Below are positions 48,854 through 58,694 of a stretch of DNA of 64,000 bases, one piece after another (position 1 is the first letter of the stretch; every line of letters starts with the position of its first letter). The notes beneath the pieces were generated by a model. The model searched no databases, was not told the DNA's origin, and worked only from the letters and a program-made list of their open reading frames with translations. The stretch comes from an uncultured Candidatus Nemicrothrix sp. (lineage in GTDB: Bacteria; Actinomycetota; Acidimicrobiia; Acidimicrobiales; Aldehydirespiratoraceae), in NCBI GenBank assembly GCA_964504305.1, contig CAZDEB010000003.1, forward strand, positions 87,213 through 151,212, read 5' to 3'. A program made the position numbers and the translations under genes.

Positions 48854-50110
48854 GTGGCAAAGTTCGGTGAGGGTGGAGAACTTCTGAAGTGCTCCTTTTG
48901 CGGCAAGTCGCAAAAGCAGGTCAAGAAACTCATCGCTGGTCCAGGGGTTTACATCTGCGACGAGTGCATCGATCTCTGCAACGAGATCATCGAAGAAGAG
49001 CTGGCCGAAACCACCGATGTCAGCCTTGGCGAACTTCCGTCTCCACGCGAAATCTATTCGTTCCTCAACGACTACATCGTTGGCCAAGACACCGCTAAGC
49101 GGATCTTGGCGGTAGCGGTTTACAACCACTACAAACGGATCGAACTGGGCACCACCCTCGACGGCGACGTCGAGTTGTCCAAGTCCAACATCTTGTTGAT
49201 CGGCCCGACTGGCTGCGGCAAAACCCTCATGGCCCAGACCCTGGCCCGCATGCTCAATGTTCCGTTTGCGATCGCCGATGCCACCGCCCTCACCGAAGCC
49301 GGCTACGTCGGTGAGGACGTCGAGAACATCCTGCTCAAGCTCATCCAGGCCGCCGACTACGACGTCAAGAAGGCCGAGACCGGCATCATTTACATCGACG
49401 AGATCGACAAGGTGGCTCGCAAGAGCGAGAACCCATCGATTACTCGCGACGTATCCGGCGAAGGCGTGCAGCAGGCCCTCCTCAAGATTCTCGAAGGCAC
49501 CAGCGCCGCAGTCCCGCCCCAGGGCGGGCGTAAACATCCGCACCAAGAGTTCCTGCAGATCGACACCTCCAACGTGCTGTTCATCTGTGGTGGAGCGTTC
49601 GCCGGAATCGAAAAAATCGTCGAAAGCCGGATCGGCAGCCCAGGGGTTGGCTTTGGTGCTGATATTCGCCGTCCCGAAGACAAAGACCTCGGCGCGATTT
49701 TCAACGAGGTGCTGCCCGAAGATCTCACCAAGTTTGGCCTTATCCCCGAGTTCATCGGCCGTCTACCGGTGGTGGGAGCAGTCAACCATCTCGAGCAAGA
49801 TGCCCTGGTCGAGATCCTCACCGAGCCGCGCAACGCGCTGATCAAGCAGTATCGCAAGATCTTCGAGTTCGAAGACGTCGAACTCGAGTTCACGCCCGAA
49901 GCGCTCGACGCGATTGCTGACGAGGCGATCAAGCGGGCGACCGGCGCTCGCGGCCTGCGGGCCATCCTCGAAGAGACGTTGCTCGAAACCATGTACGAGA
50001 TTCCGGGGCGCGACGATGTCGCCAAGGTGATCGTCACCGCCGAGACCGTGCTCGAACGGGCCGCTCCGACTTTTGTCGCACCTGGCGCCGAAGGCCGCCG
50101 AGCGAGCTGA
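48854..50110 (+). CDS. clpX: ATP-dependent Clp protease ATP-binding subunit ClpX
   Basis: C4 zinc finger CSFCGKS...ICDECI and Walker A GPTGCGKT. Confidence 0.97.
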   Translation: MAKFGEGGELLKCSFCGKSQKQVKKLIAGPGVYICDECIDLCNEIIEEELAETTDVSLGELPSPREIYSFLNDYIVGQDTAKRILAVAVYNHYKRIELGTTLDGDVELSKSNILLIGPTGCGKTLMAQTLARMLNVPFAIADATALTEAGYVGEDVENILLKLIQAADYDVKKAETGIIYIDEIDKVARKSENPSITRDVSGEGVQQALLKILEGTSAAVPPQGGRKHPHQEFLQIDTSNVLFICGGAFAGIEKIVESRIGSPGVGFGADIRRPEDKDLGAIFNEVLPEDLTKFGLIPEFIGRLPVVGAVNHLEQDALVEILTEPRNALIKQYRKIFEFEDVELEFTPEALDAIADEAIKRATGARGLRAILEETLLETMYEIPGRDDVAKVIVTAETVLERAAPTFVAPGAEGRRAS

Positions 50111-50124
50111 TCGTCTAGCGCGTC

Positions 50125-51423
50125 ATGCAATACCAAGAGGCGCTTGCTCATCTCGATGCGCTGACCAACTACGAGATCACGCCCCGAGCCGGAGCAATCG
50201 ACGGATTGTCTATCGCCCCGATCCAGCAGATCATGACTGCCTTGGGCGATCCCCACACTGCTTATCCGGTCATACACGTAACCGGCACCAACGGGAAAGG
50301 TTCCTCGATCCGGATGATCGAGGGCCTTATTCAGGCCATGGGACTACGGGCGGGGAGCTACACGAGCCCGCATCTCGAAACCGTCAACGAACGAATTCGG
50401 GTGGGCGCAGAGACCATTGGCGACGAAGACTTCGCACGGGCCGTGGGCGATGTCGCTCTCGCGGTCGAGTCTGGCTTGGATGGTTCGGCGACGTGGTTCG
50501 AGACGGTCACGGCCGCCGCCTTCCTTCATTTCGCCAACGAGGCAATTGATGTTGCGATCATCGAGGTTGGTTTGCTGGGCCGCTTCGACGCCACAAACGT
50601 TGTTCGCGCCGATGTCGCCGTAGTCACCAACGTCGGACTCGACCACACCTCGGGCGAGGGCGATTGGCGAGCGAGAGTTGCGGGGGAGAAGGCCGGAATT
50701 ATCGAGCCGACGTCGGTGCTGGTTCTCGGCGAACTCGACGCGGCAACGAGGCCGATATTTGATACCGAAGGCGCTCGACGAACGGTCGAACGAGGCACAG
50801 ATTTTGAAGTAACCGAAGATCTGCTGGCCGTCGGTGGACGTCTGATCGGCCTGCGCACGCCGCGAGGCCTGTACGACGATGTGTTCTTGAACCTTCACGG
50901 AAGTCATCAGTCAGACAACGCCGCGCTGGCTCTGGCCGCGACCGAGGAGTTCTTCGATCGTGCGTTGCCCAACGACGTAGTCGAGGAAGCATTCGGGTCG
51001 GTCGAAATGCCAGGGCGCCTCGAGATCGTTCATCGTTCGCCGACGGTGGTGATCGACACTGCCCACAACGTCGCTGGTGCAACAGCTCTTGCTCAAAGCA
51101 TCGAAGCCGATTTCAACCAAGGCGGGCGCAAGTTCTTGCTGCTTGGTATGCAGGACGGACGCGTTGCTTCGGACGTTTGCGAGGCGCTGAGGGTCAGGGA
51201 CTATCACCTCGTCGTTGCCTGTACGGCGCCTACCCAACGCGGTGTTGACGCCCAAGCCGTTGCCGAAGCGGTCGGCGCAGCCGGCGGAAACGTCGACGTC
51301 GCGAGCAACGTCGAGGCGGCCATCGATCACCTGATGGCCCAGGCCGAGGACGACGATCTGATTGTGGTCGCCGGGTCCAACACCGTGGTTGGAATTGTGC
51401 GGAACATATCTACAGAGTTCTAG
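50125..51423 (+). CDS. folC: folylpolyglutamate synthase/dihydrofolate synthase
   Basis: Mur-ligase P-loop [10 protein letters not shown]; typical length. Confidence 0.9.
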   Translation: MQYQEALAHLDALTNYEITPRAGAIDGLSIAPIQQIMTALGDPHTAYPVIHVTGTNGKGSSIRMIEGLIQAMGLRAGSYTSPHLETVNERIRVGAETIGDEDFARAVGDVALAVESGLDGSATWFETVTAAAFLHFANEAIDVAIIEVGLLGRFDATNVVRADVAVVTNVGLDHTSGEGDWRARVAGEKAGIIEPTSVLVLGELDAATRPIFDTEGARRTVERGTDFEVTEDLLAVGGRLIGLRTPRGLYDDVFLNLHGSHQSDNAALALAATEEFFDRALPNDVVEEAFGSVEMPGRLEIVHRSPTVVIDTAHNVAGATALAQSIEADFNQGGRKFLLLGMQDGRVASDVCEALRVRDYHLVVACTAPTQRGVDAQAVAEAVGAAGGNVDVASNVEAAIDHLMAQAEDDDLIVVAGSNTVVGIVRNISTEF

Positions 51424-51489
51424 GGCTTCAGGAGAAATAGGTAATCCGGCCCATGAAGTCGCCATACGGGGGCGGTCGATAGTCCTCGT

Positions 51490-52245
51490 GTGAGATTTCT
51501 GTCTACTTTACGCGGCCGGCTTGGTCGGCCCCAGCGCGTTCGGGCCCGGCGCGCCCGCGGCGACAGGGGCGTCACCGGTGTCGAGTACACGCTGATCCTG
51601 GCGGCCATGGTTACCGGGAGCACCGCCACCTTCCAGCTGATGGATAACCGGGTCGAGGAGCACTACGTCAACACCGCCGAAGACGTGAGCCAGATCGACC
51701 TCGCCTATTTCGACGTGACCACCACGGTCGACCCGAACGCCGCCTCGACAACCACGACCGCGGCACCCACGACGACCACGACCGCGGCTCCCACGACAAG
51801 TGCCGCGGCATCGAGCACCACCTCCACGTCCACATCGACCACCACAACCACCGCCGCTCCCACCACTACCACCACCGCGGCGCCGACGACCACGGCGGCG
51901 GCCACCACGACTACCACTGTGGCAACCGAAAGCAGCGAGATCGATTGGTCGGATCGGTCGAGTTGGCGCAGCGGTTGCGGCTGCTATCGGGCGAAGACGA
52001 AGCTCAAGATCAAGGACGACGACGGCGACAAGCTCACCTCGGCCGACGTAGCGGTGATCTTTACGTTGAGTGATGGCAGCGAGTACGCCGGATCGGGCAC
52101 AACAAACAGCAGCGGTAAGGTCGGTTTCAGCCTCAGTGGCTTGAGTTCTTCGGACTTCGACGTGGTGGTCACGATTACGTCGATTGTCGGCAACGACGGA
52201 ACGACGTACTCGCCAGATATCGCGTCGTTCACCCTCACCACCTGA
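51490..52245 (+). CDS. prepilin-like protein: Flp/TadE-class signal + Thr/Ala-rich linker + beta-sandwich-like C-terminal domain
   Basis: GTG 51490 is the only in-frame start. Arg-rich leader, then GDRG|VTGVEYTLILAAMVTGSTATF (Gly -1, Glu +5, Tyr +6). A T/A/S/P stretch spans aa 84-146. The C-terminal ~100 aa has alternating beta-strand-like patterns (KLKIKDDDGDKLTSADVAVIFTL...SSGKVGFSLSGL...DVVVTITSI). Confidence 0.6.
   Translation: MRFLSTLRGRLGRPQRVRARRARGDRGVTGVEYTLILAAMVTGSTATFQLMDNRVEEHYVNTAEDVSQIDLAYFDVTTTVDPNAASTTTTAAPTTTTTAAPTTSAAASSTTSTSTSTTTTTAAPTTTTTAAPTTTAAATTTTTVATESSEIDWSDRSSWRSGCGCYRAKTKLKIKDDDGDKLTSADVAVIFTLSDGSEYAGSGTTNSSGKVGFSLSGLSSSDFDVVVTITSIVGNDGTTYSPDIASFTLTT
51739..51927 (+). 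repeat. low-complexity ACN/GCN coding repeat (Thr/Ala/Pro/Ser linker)
   Basis: Reiterated TTTT(T)AAPTT peptide units encoded by imperfect accacgaccgcggc[at]cccacgac-type repeats. Confidence 0.8.
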
Positions 52246-52269
52246 GCCGAGGGGCGATAGCCTCCGAAC

Positions 52270-52677
52270 ATGGATCGCACTCTTGTCATTTGTAAGCCCG
52301 ACGCCGTCGAGCGAGGCCTCGTTGGCGAAATTCTGGGCCGGCTCGAGACCAAAGGTTTTGCCATCGTCGCCGCCGAGCTGCGAACCCTCGACCACGCCAC
52401 ACTGGCCCGCCACTACGAGGAACACGTTGGCAAGCCGTTCTATGACGGCCTCGTCGAATTCATGAGTCGCGGCCCGGCCCTGGTTGCCGTCATCGAAGGC
52501 CCCGAAGACACTTGGAAGTCGGTGCGCCAGATCATGGGTGCGACCAATCCACTCGATGCCGCGCCCGGCACCATCCGAGGCGACCTCGGCACTTTGTTCA
52601 CCGAGAACCTGATCCACGGTTCCGACTCTCTCGAGTCCGCGGAACGCGAGATCTCGATATTCTTTCCCGGCCTCTGA
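52270..52677 (+). CDS. ndk: nucleoside-diphosphate kinase
   Basis: Canonical NDK (RTLVICKPDAVERGLVGEI...) with the catalytic His in NLIHGSDS. Confidence 0.96.
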   Translation: MDRTLVICKPDAVERGLVGEILGRLETKGFAIVAAELRTLDHATLARHYEEHVGKPFYDGLVEFMSRGPALVAVIEGPEDTWKSVRQIMGATNPLDAAPGTIRGDLGTLFTENLIHGSDSLESAEREISIFFPGL

Positions 52678-52848
52678 GCCCCAGTAAGAGGCTGATCGCC
52701 GTCCCACCAAGAGTGAGCTGGTTGCCGCGCTAGGTAAAAGTGTTGCAATTTGGTGACCGTTTGCGCCTACACTTTGCCCAAGCGGCTGGAGACCCGACGG
52801 GTCATTCGTTCTTTGCCGCCCCCAATTTCTCTCATCGAGGCTTCTCCT

Positions 52849-53898
52849 ATGGTTGCTGACCGTCTACTCCAAAGCTTTGGCGCAGTGGTAGGTCGCGACA
52901 TGGCGGTCGACCTCGGCACCGCCAACACTCTGGTGTACGTGCGCGGCGAAGGCATTGTTCTCGACGAACCGTCCGTGGTCGCCATAAACACTGTGGACGG
53001 CAAACCCCTCGCTGTTGGTGTCGAAGCCAAACGAATGATCGGGCGCACGCCGTCAAACATTCAAGCGATTCGCCCGCTCAAGGATGGCGTGATCGCCGAT
53101 TTCGAGATTTGCGAAAAAATGTTGCGCTACTTCATCCAGAAGGTGCACCAGCGCAAATGGGCGAAACCTCGCATGGTTGTCGCGGTCCCATCTGGCATCA
53201 CCGGTGTCGAGCAGCGCGCCGTGCAGGAAGCCGCCGAGTACGCCGGTGCTCGCAAACCGGCTTACATTATCGAAGAACCGATGGCCGCGGCTATCGGGGC
53301 CGGCCTCCCGGTGCAAGAGCCGACTGGCAACATGATCGTCGACATCGGCGGCGGGACCACCGAAGTGGCCGTCATTTCTCTCGGCGGCGTAGTAGCGAGC
53401 CAATCTGCTCGGGTTGGTGGCGACGAACTCGACAACGCCATCATTCAGTACTGCAAGAAGGAATACAGCCTCGCGCTCGGCGAACGTACCGCCGAGGAGA
53501 TCAAAATGCAGCTGGGTTCGGCGTGGCCGCTCGAACAAGAACTCAAGGCCGAGATTCGTGGCCGCGACCTTGTGTCGGGCCTGCCTCGCACGATCGTTGT
53601 TAGCACCGCCGACATACGAGAGGCTCTCGATGAGCAGGTCTCGGCAATTTGCGATGCGGTCAAATCCACACTCGACAAGACACCCCCCGAGCTCGCGGCC
53701 GACATAATGGATCGTGGTATCACCATCGCGGGCGGAGGCGCTCTGCTCACTGGCATCGACGCCCGTCTCAACGACGAGACCGGAATGCCGATCAAGCTGG
53801 CGCCCGATCCGCTTTACGCGGTGGCGATCGGTTCTGGTCAGGTCCTAGAAGAATTCGAAGCACTGCGCGGCGTGGTCCTGAGCTCGGGCGAGCTCTAA
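52849..53898 (+). CDS. mreB: rod shape-determining protein MreB
   Basis: Actin-fold motifs [18 protein letters not shown] and GGGALL. Start set at ATG 52849. Confidence 0.95.
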   Translation: MVADRLLQSFGAVVGRDMAVDLGTANTLVYVRGEGIVLDEPSVVAINTVDGKPLAVGVEAKRMIGRTPSNIQAIRPLKDGVIADFEICEKMLRYFIQKVHQRKWAKPRMVVAVPSGITGVEQRAVQEAAEYAGARKPAYIIEEPMAAAIGAGLPVQEPTGNMIVDIGGGTTEVAVISLGGVVASQSARVGGDELDNAIIQYCKKEYSLALGERTAEEIKMQLGSAWPLEQELKAEIRGRDLVSGLPRTIVVSTADIREALDEQVSAICDAVKSTLDKTPPELAADIMDRGITIAGGGALLTGIDARLNDETGMPIKLAPDPLYAVAIGSGQVLEEFEALRGVVLSSGEL

Positions 53899-53907
53899 CC
53901 CAGACCA

Positions 53908-54837
53908 ATGGCGCTGGCCCAGCGCACGGGGCGATCTCGACGCCGACTCATCTTGTTGGTGCTTTCGGCGATCACCCTGCTGACCCTCGACCTCGGCAGC
54001 TTCGGCCCGCTTGGCTCCGCCCAGCGACTGTTCCGCGACTTTCTGCACCCGGTCACCAATGTGGCCGGAGCGGTGGCGACGCCGTTTGCCGACGCATGGA
54101 ACGCGGTGTTCGATTACAGCGACCTTCAAGCCGACTACGCCGAGCTAGAGGCCGAGCGCAACGAGCTGAAGGGGCAAGCCCTCAGCGTTGAGGCTGAGCG
54201 AGCGGCCTTTCAGCGATTGCTCGACGCAACCCAGATCACCTATGTGACCGCGGTGGACAAGCAGGCCGCCACCGTTGTACGTGGTGCGGTGGGTAATTTC
54301 GACTCTGACGTGATCACCATCGACAAAGGCTCCCAAAGCGGTATCGAAACCGGGATGGCCGTAGTAACCGCCGCGGGGTTGGTTGGGCGTATCGATCGGG
54401 TCGACGCAACCACCGCGACGGTTCAGCTCCTCAGCGATCAGAATTTGATCATCGGTGTGCGGATGACCTCAACCGAGCAGGTCGGACTCGGTCATACCGA
54501 CAAGAGCGATCCGCTGATCTTCGAAATTGACCAAGGTCTCGATTGGCCCGAAGACAACGATCTTTCGTTGTTGCCCAAGGTTGGCTCGGTCGTGGTCACC
54601 GCGGCCAGCAGCCGATATCCGGCCGAGATTCCGATTGGGCGGGTTATCGAGTCGGTGAATCCCGATGGCGAAGGTCTATCGCTCACCGTCCGGGTCGAGA
54701 TGGCCAACGACGTAACCAACCTCGGCTACGTAACGGTATTGCTGGCTCCCGGGGTCGATCAGGTTCCTTTGGGTCCAGTTGTGCCGAGCACGAGCGTGCC
54801 TCTTGACATTGTCGAAAACGACGGTGCAGGCCAATGA
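53908..54837 (+). CDS. mreC: rod shape-determining protein MreC
   Basis: N-terminal TM, a coiled-coil (LQADYAELEAERNELKGQ) and beta-barrel domains; position after mreB. Confidence 0.85.
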   Translation: MALAQRTGRSRRRLILLVLSAITLLTLDLGSFGPLGSAQRLFRDFLHPVTNVAGAVATPFADAWNAVFDYSDLQADYAELEAERNELKGQALSVEAERAAFQRLLDATQITYVTAVDKQAATVVRGAVGNFDSDVITIDKGSQSGIETGMAVVTAAGLVGRIDRVDATTATVQLLSDQNLIIGVRMTSTEQVGLGHTDKSDPLIFEIDQGLDWPEDNDLSLLPKVGSVVVTAASSRYPAEIPIGRVIESVNPDGEGLSLTVRVEMANDVTNLGYVTVLLAPGVDQVPLGPVVPSTSVPLDIVENDGAGQ

Positions 54838-55328
54838 GCCTTCCGGTCCGCGTCGGCGCGGTTTTGATACTGGCGCTGGTGGTGCAGCTCACGGTATTTG
54901 TTGATGTTCGGGTGGCCGGTGTCGCGCCCGAGTTGCTTACGTTGGTTGCGGTAATTGCCGGGTTCTTCGTCGGACCCGATCGTGGGCCGGTTATCGCCTT
55001 CGCCGCTGGCCTCATCTGGGACATGTACCTGCCGTCGCCGCTCGGAGTCTCTGCGGTCACGCTGGCTTTGGTGGCCTTTGCGGTGGGATCGCTCGAAGAG
55101 GGATTGTTTCATGACAGTCGGAGTCAATTGATTGCAGTTGCCGGACTCGCCAGCGCGGCTGCAGTAGTGAGTTATGCCTTGGTGGGCGAGTTGGTTGGTG
55201 TTCGCGGCCTCATCGACCTCGACATGTTGCGAGTTGCGCTAATCGTCGGGGTGCTCAACGCCGCGCTCTCGCCGGTGGCGGCCCCGATCATGGAGTGGGC
55301 CCTGCGGGGCCAGGCGGACCGCCGATGA
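54834..55328 (+). CDS. mreD: rod shape-determining protein MreD
   Basis: Small five-TM protein. Overlaps the mreC stop and the mrdA start. Confidence 0.7.
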   Translation: MSLPVRVGAVLILALVVQLTVFVDVRVAGVAPELLTLVAVIAGFFVGPDRGPVIAFAAGLIWDMYLPSPLGVSAVTLALVAFAVGSLEEGLFHDSRSQLIAVAGLASAAAVVSYALVGELVGVRGLIDLDMLRVALIVGVLNAALSPVAAPIMEWALRGQADRR

Positions 55329-57454
55329 ATCCCGATCAGCAGCTTCGTTTGCGGATCTTTGCGTTCCTTGCCCTCACTTTGCTTGGCGGCTTGGTTGCCC
55401 GACTGTGGTACTTGCAAGGCATCGAAGCGCAGCGCGAGCAGTTCAAAAATGCCGCTCTGACCAATGTGTTGGTGCCGGTGCACGAAGAGGCTCCTCGCGG
55501 CAGGATCCTCGACCGCAACGGGCGGGTGCTCGTCGAGAACCAGGTAGTCCAGGTCGTCACCGTCGATCGGGCCGTGGTCGACGAACTCGACGCTCAGGTC
55601 CGCTCCGATATGTTCCTGCGACTCGCCATTGCCGTGAGTCGATCGGGTCGTCTGGTGAAGGTCGACCGGATACTCGACGAGTTCACCGATCTCTCCTATG
55701 GCCCGTTCGAGCGCATACCGGTGGCCGTCGACGTGAACCCGGAGCTGCTGGTGTTTCTGGGCGAACGCACCGACCAATTTCCTGGTGTCGAAGTCTCCCA
55801 GCGCACGGTTCGCAGCTACCCATACGGGTCGTTGGCCGCCCATATCCTTGGGTACGTCGGTCCGATAAATCGCACCGAGTGGGAGGCCGCCAATGAACGG
55901 ATCGATCCGACCGCGGAGGGTGCCAAGACCTATCAACTCAACCACGAAATCGGAAAAACCGGCATCGAGCGAGTCTTCGAAGACGAGCTGCGGGGCACAC
56001 CAGGGACCCGATACCTAGAGGTCGATGCGTCTCGAAGGTTCGTGAGCGAGTACAAAGATCGACGAGTCGAACCGATTCCGGGCAACGATGTTTACCTCTC
56101 GATCGATATCGACCTCCAGGCATTGGCCGAGGCCGAACTGCGTGACGGACTCGATGCGGCAAGGGCCCGAGAACACGATCCCGACGAGCCGCCGTTTGTT
56201 GCTTCGGCGGGCAGCGTGGTTGCTCTTGATCCCAAGAACGGGGACGTCTTGGCCATGGCTTCGTTCCCAACGTACGCACCGGCCGACTTTGTCAGCGGAA
56301 TATCGGCGACGCAGTTTCATGAACTGACTTCCGAATCGAACTTTTCGCCGATCCTGAACCGGGCGATACAAGGTACGTACGCGCCTGGCTCGACCTTCAA
56401 GCTGGTAACGGCCCTTGCCGCGGTCGAGGAAGGGGTTATCGGGCCGGGACTCGAGGCCATTCGCGACACCGGCGAGCTCTATCTCGACACCGGCACCTAC
56501 ACCTACTCGGGTTGTTTCGAGGAATCCAGCACCTGTAAGTTTCGTAGCCCTTTCAGTGGCGAGCAGTGGGTCGACTTGGGGCGGGCACTGACCGTGTCGA
56601 GCGATACCTACTTCTACGAAATCGGCGGCGAAGGGTTTTGGCGGCGCCCCAACGAACCCGACCAAGATGGCAACTTAAAAGACGAGGGCATCCAAAAGTG
56701 GGCTCGCGAGTTGGGCCTGGGATTCGATTCGGGGGTGCAGCTGCCGTACGAACGTTCGGGTGCCGTTCCTGATAGGGCCTACTACGACCAACAATACGAG
56801 GACGGCGTGTTCGTAATCGACGGCTCTGAGTGGTTCGCCGGGGCCACGATCAACCTGTCGATCGGGCAGGGTGAGCTTCTTGTGACTCCTCTTCAGTTGG
56901 CCAACACCTACGCCACGTTCGGCAACGGGGGGCGGCTCCACCAACCCAACATGGTCAAAGAGGTCCGCACAACCAGCGGCGAACTGGTTCGAGCCTTCGG
57001 TCCGCGAGTGTTGAGAGACCTCGAGATCCCGGTCGAGTTCCATTCCGCTATCGAGTCGGGGCTGCTCGGAGTAACAAGTCGCCAGGGAGGCACGGCCCGT
57101 CGGGTTTTTGCCAACGCCGACTTCTCACTCGCTAGCTGGCCTATCGCTGGTAAGACCGGTACCGCCCAGGTCAGGGGCAAAGCCGATACCTCCATTTTCG
57201 CGGCTTACGGACCAGTTGCAACCGAGTCATCGGGTCTCCCCGCGGGGCGCGAACCCGACGTGGCGATAGCGGTCCTGCTCGAAGAAGCCGGATTCGGATC
57301 GGCCGCCGCCGCGCCGGTCGCGGCCGCAATTTTCGAAAGAGTTGCGACCGGTACCGTGCCTCATGCTCGATCGCTGGACGAGACGGCGCGCTACAACCAA
57401 GAACTCGTCGCCGCGGGATCAGCCGGAACCGCTGATGAGGTGGCGTTGGGATGA
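55325..57454 (+). CDS. mrdA: penicillin-binding protein 2 (elongasome transpeptidase)
   Basis: SxxK (APGSTFK) and KTG (AGKTGTAQ). ATG 55325 overlaps the mreD TGA (ATGA). Confidence 0.9.
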   Translation: MNPDQQLRLRIFAFLALTLLGGLVARLWYLQGIEAQREQFKNAALTNVLVPVHEEAPRGRILDRNGRVLVENQVVQVVTVDRAVVDELDAQVRSDMFLRLAIAVSRSGRLVKVDRILDEFTDLSYGPFERIPVAVDVNPELLVFLGERTDQFPGVEVSQRTVRSYPYGSLAAHILGYVGPINRTEWEAANERIDPTAEGAKTYQLNHEIGKTGIERVFEDELRGTPGTRYLEVDASRRFVSEYKDRRVEPIPGNDVYLSIDIDLQALAEAELRDGLDAARAREHDPDEPPFVASAGSVVALDPKNGDVLAMASFPTYAPADFVSGISATQFHELTSESNFSPILNRAIQGTYAPGSTFKLVTALAAVEEGVIGPGLEAIRDTGELYLDTGTYTYSGCFEESSTCKFRSPFSGEQWVDLGRALTVSSDTYFYEIGGEGFWRRPNEPDQDGNLKDEGIQKWARELGLGFDSGVQLPYERSGAVPDRAYYDQQYEDGVFVIDGSEWFAGATINLSIGQGELLVTPLQLANTYATFGNGGRLHQPNMVKEVRTTSGELVRAFGPRVLRDLEIPVEFHSAIESGLLGVTSRQGGTARRVFANADFSLASWPIAGKTGTAQVRGKADTSIFAAYGPVATESSGLPAGREPDVAIAVLLEEAGFGSAAAAPVAAAIFERVATGTVPHARSLDETARYNQELVAAGSAGTADEVALG

Positions 57455-58623
57455 CCGCATTCAGTGTTGAGACCCGACGACCGAGTGACGACCGCGACCC
57501 GTGGTGGTTTGTTGTTGACCCGCTGCTTATCGGTGCCGTTGGTCTGATTACCGCCATCGGGTCGTTGTTGGTGTACTCAGCAACCAGGGGACCGGCCACC
57601 GACATAGATCCCGCGAACACTTCGTTTTTGCAACGGCAACTCTTCTTTGCAGCATTGGGGGTCGCGCTTGCCGTGGCGACCGCGCTGGTAGACATTCGCC
57701 GGCTCCGGAGTTTCTTGGGGTTCGGCTACGCCGGTCTCATTGTGTTGCTGCTCGGTATTTTGCGGTTCGGGGCCGACATCAACGGGGCACGGGCCTGGTA
57801 CAAGTTCCCGGGTTTCACGTTTCAGCCATCCGAACCAGGGAAGTTGGTGCTGATCTTCGCGCTTGCTGCGGTGTTCTCGTCAGAAGATCTCGGATTGTCG
57901 CGGCTCGTGCTCGGGCTATCGGCCGCCGGCCTCCCGATCCTGCTCATCTTGAAGCAGCCAGACCTTGGCACGATTCTTGTTTATGTGGCGATAACCGCGG
58001 CCGTCGTGCTGATGAGCAACATCCGTGTTCGCTACATCATCTTGTTGTTGTTGGCCGCGGTCACGGTGGTGACAATGGTGTTTCAGTCCGACGTGCTGGC
58101 CAAATACCAAAAAGACCGGCTTACCGTGTTTGTCCTCGACGACGAAGCGGTTGACAAGCTGGGCGCCGACGCCATCCGGGTGGCTTACAACGCAAGACAA
58201 TCACAGATAGCAATAGGCAACGGCGGGATCAACGGCGAGGGTTTGTTCCAGGGCACGCAAACCAGCTCCAACCTTGTTCCCGAGCAGCAAACCGACTTCA
58301 TCTTCTCGGTGGCGGGCGAGGAGCTCGGTTTTCGTGGTGCGGGTCTGTTGTTGGGTCTGTTCGGTCTGGTCATGTTCAGGATCTGGCGGACCGCGGTGCG
58401 AGCGACCGACCAGTTCGACCGGCTGCTTAGCGTGGGAGTCATGGCCATGTTCTTGTTCCAGGTGTTTCAGAGTGCCGGGATGACGATGGGGATAATGCCG
58501 GTCACCGGTATTCCCATGCCCTTTGTGTCCTATGGCGGTTCGTCGATGCTTACGTCGATGGTTGGCGTTGGTCTGGTGCTCGGCGTCCATCGTCGACGAT
58601 TTGACTACGCCACCCGCAGTTAG
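57451..58623 (+). CDS. rodA: SEDS-family peptidoglycan polymerase RodA
   Basis: FtsW/RodA/SpoVE pattern (QPSEPGKL..., TDFIFSVAGEELGF, PVTGIPMPFVSYGGSS). Confidence 0.9.
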   Translation: MTAFSVETRRPSDDRDPWWFVVDPLLIGAVGLITAIGSLLVYSATRGPATDIDPANTSFLQRQLFFAALGVALAVATALVDIRRLRSFLGFGYAGLIVLLLGILRFGADINGARAWYKFPGFTFQPSEPGKLVLIFALAAVFSSEDLGLSRLVLGLSAAGLPILLILKQPDLGTILVYVAITAAVVLMSNIRVRYIILLLLAAVTVVTMVFQSDVLAKYQKDRLTVFVLDDEAVDKLGADAIRVAYNARQSQIAIGNGGINGEGLFQGTQTSSNLVPEQQTDFIFSVAGEELGFRGAGLLLGLFGLVMFRIWRTAVRATDQFDRLLSVGVMAMFLFQVFQSAGMTMGIMPVTGIPMPFVSYGGSSMLTSMVGVGLVLGVHRRRFDYATRS

Positions 58624-58694
58624 CGCTATGCGGTGTCGCGGCCACCGGACGTAGCATTCACCCAGTACCGCGGGCGCGCCGATAGCCTGCGCAG

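Noticed and set aside
51508-52710. A 400-aa minus-strand ORF covering the prepilin-like gene and ndk.
   Set aside because: It is an antisense shadow ORF. It is Arg/Gly-rich and low complexity, mirroring the Thr/Ala repeat, and it overlaps the unmistakable ndk gene on the other strand.
52742-52772. TTGCAA ... TACACT as a sigma-70-type promoter upstream of mreB.
   Set aside because: The spacer is 19 nt, which is longer than optimal. It is a single unsupported match in a 170-nt region and is not strong enough to annotate.
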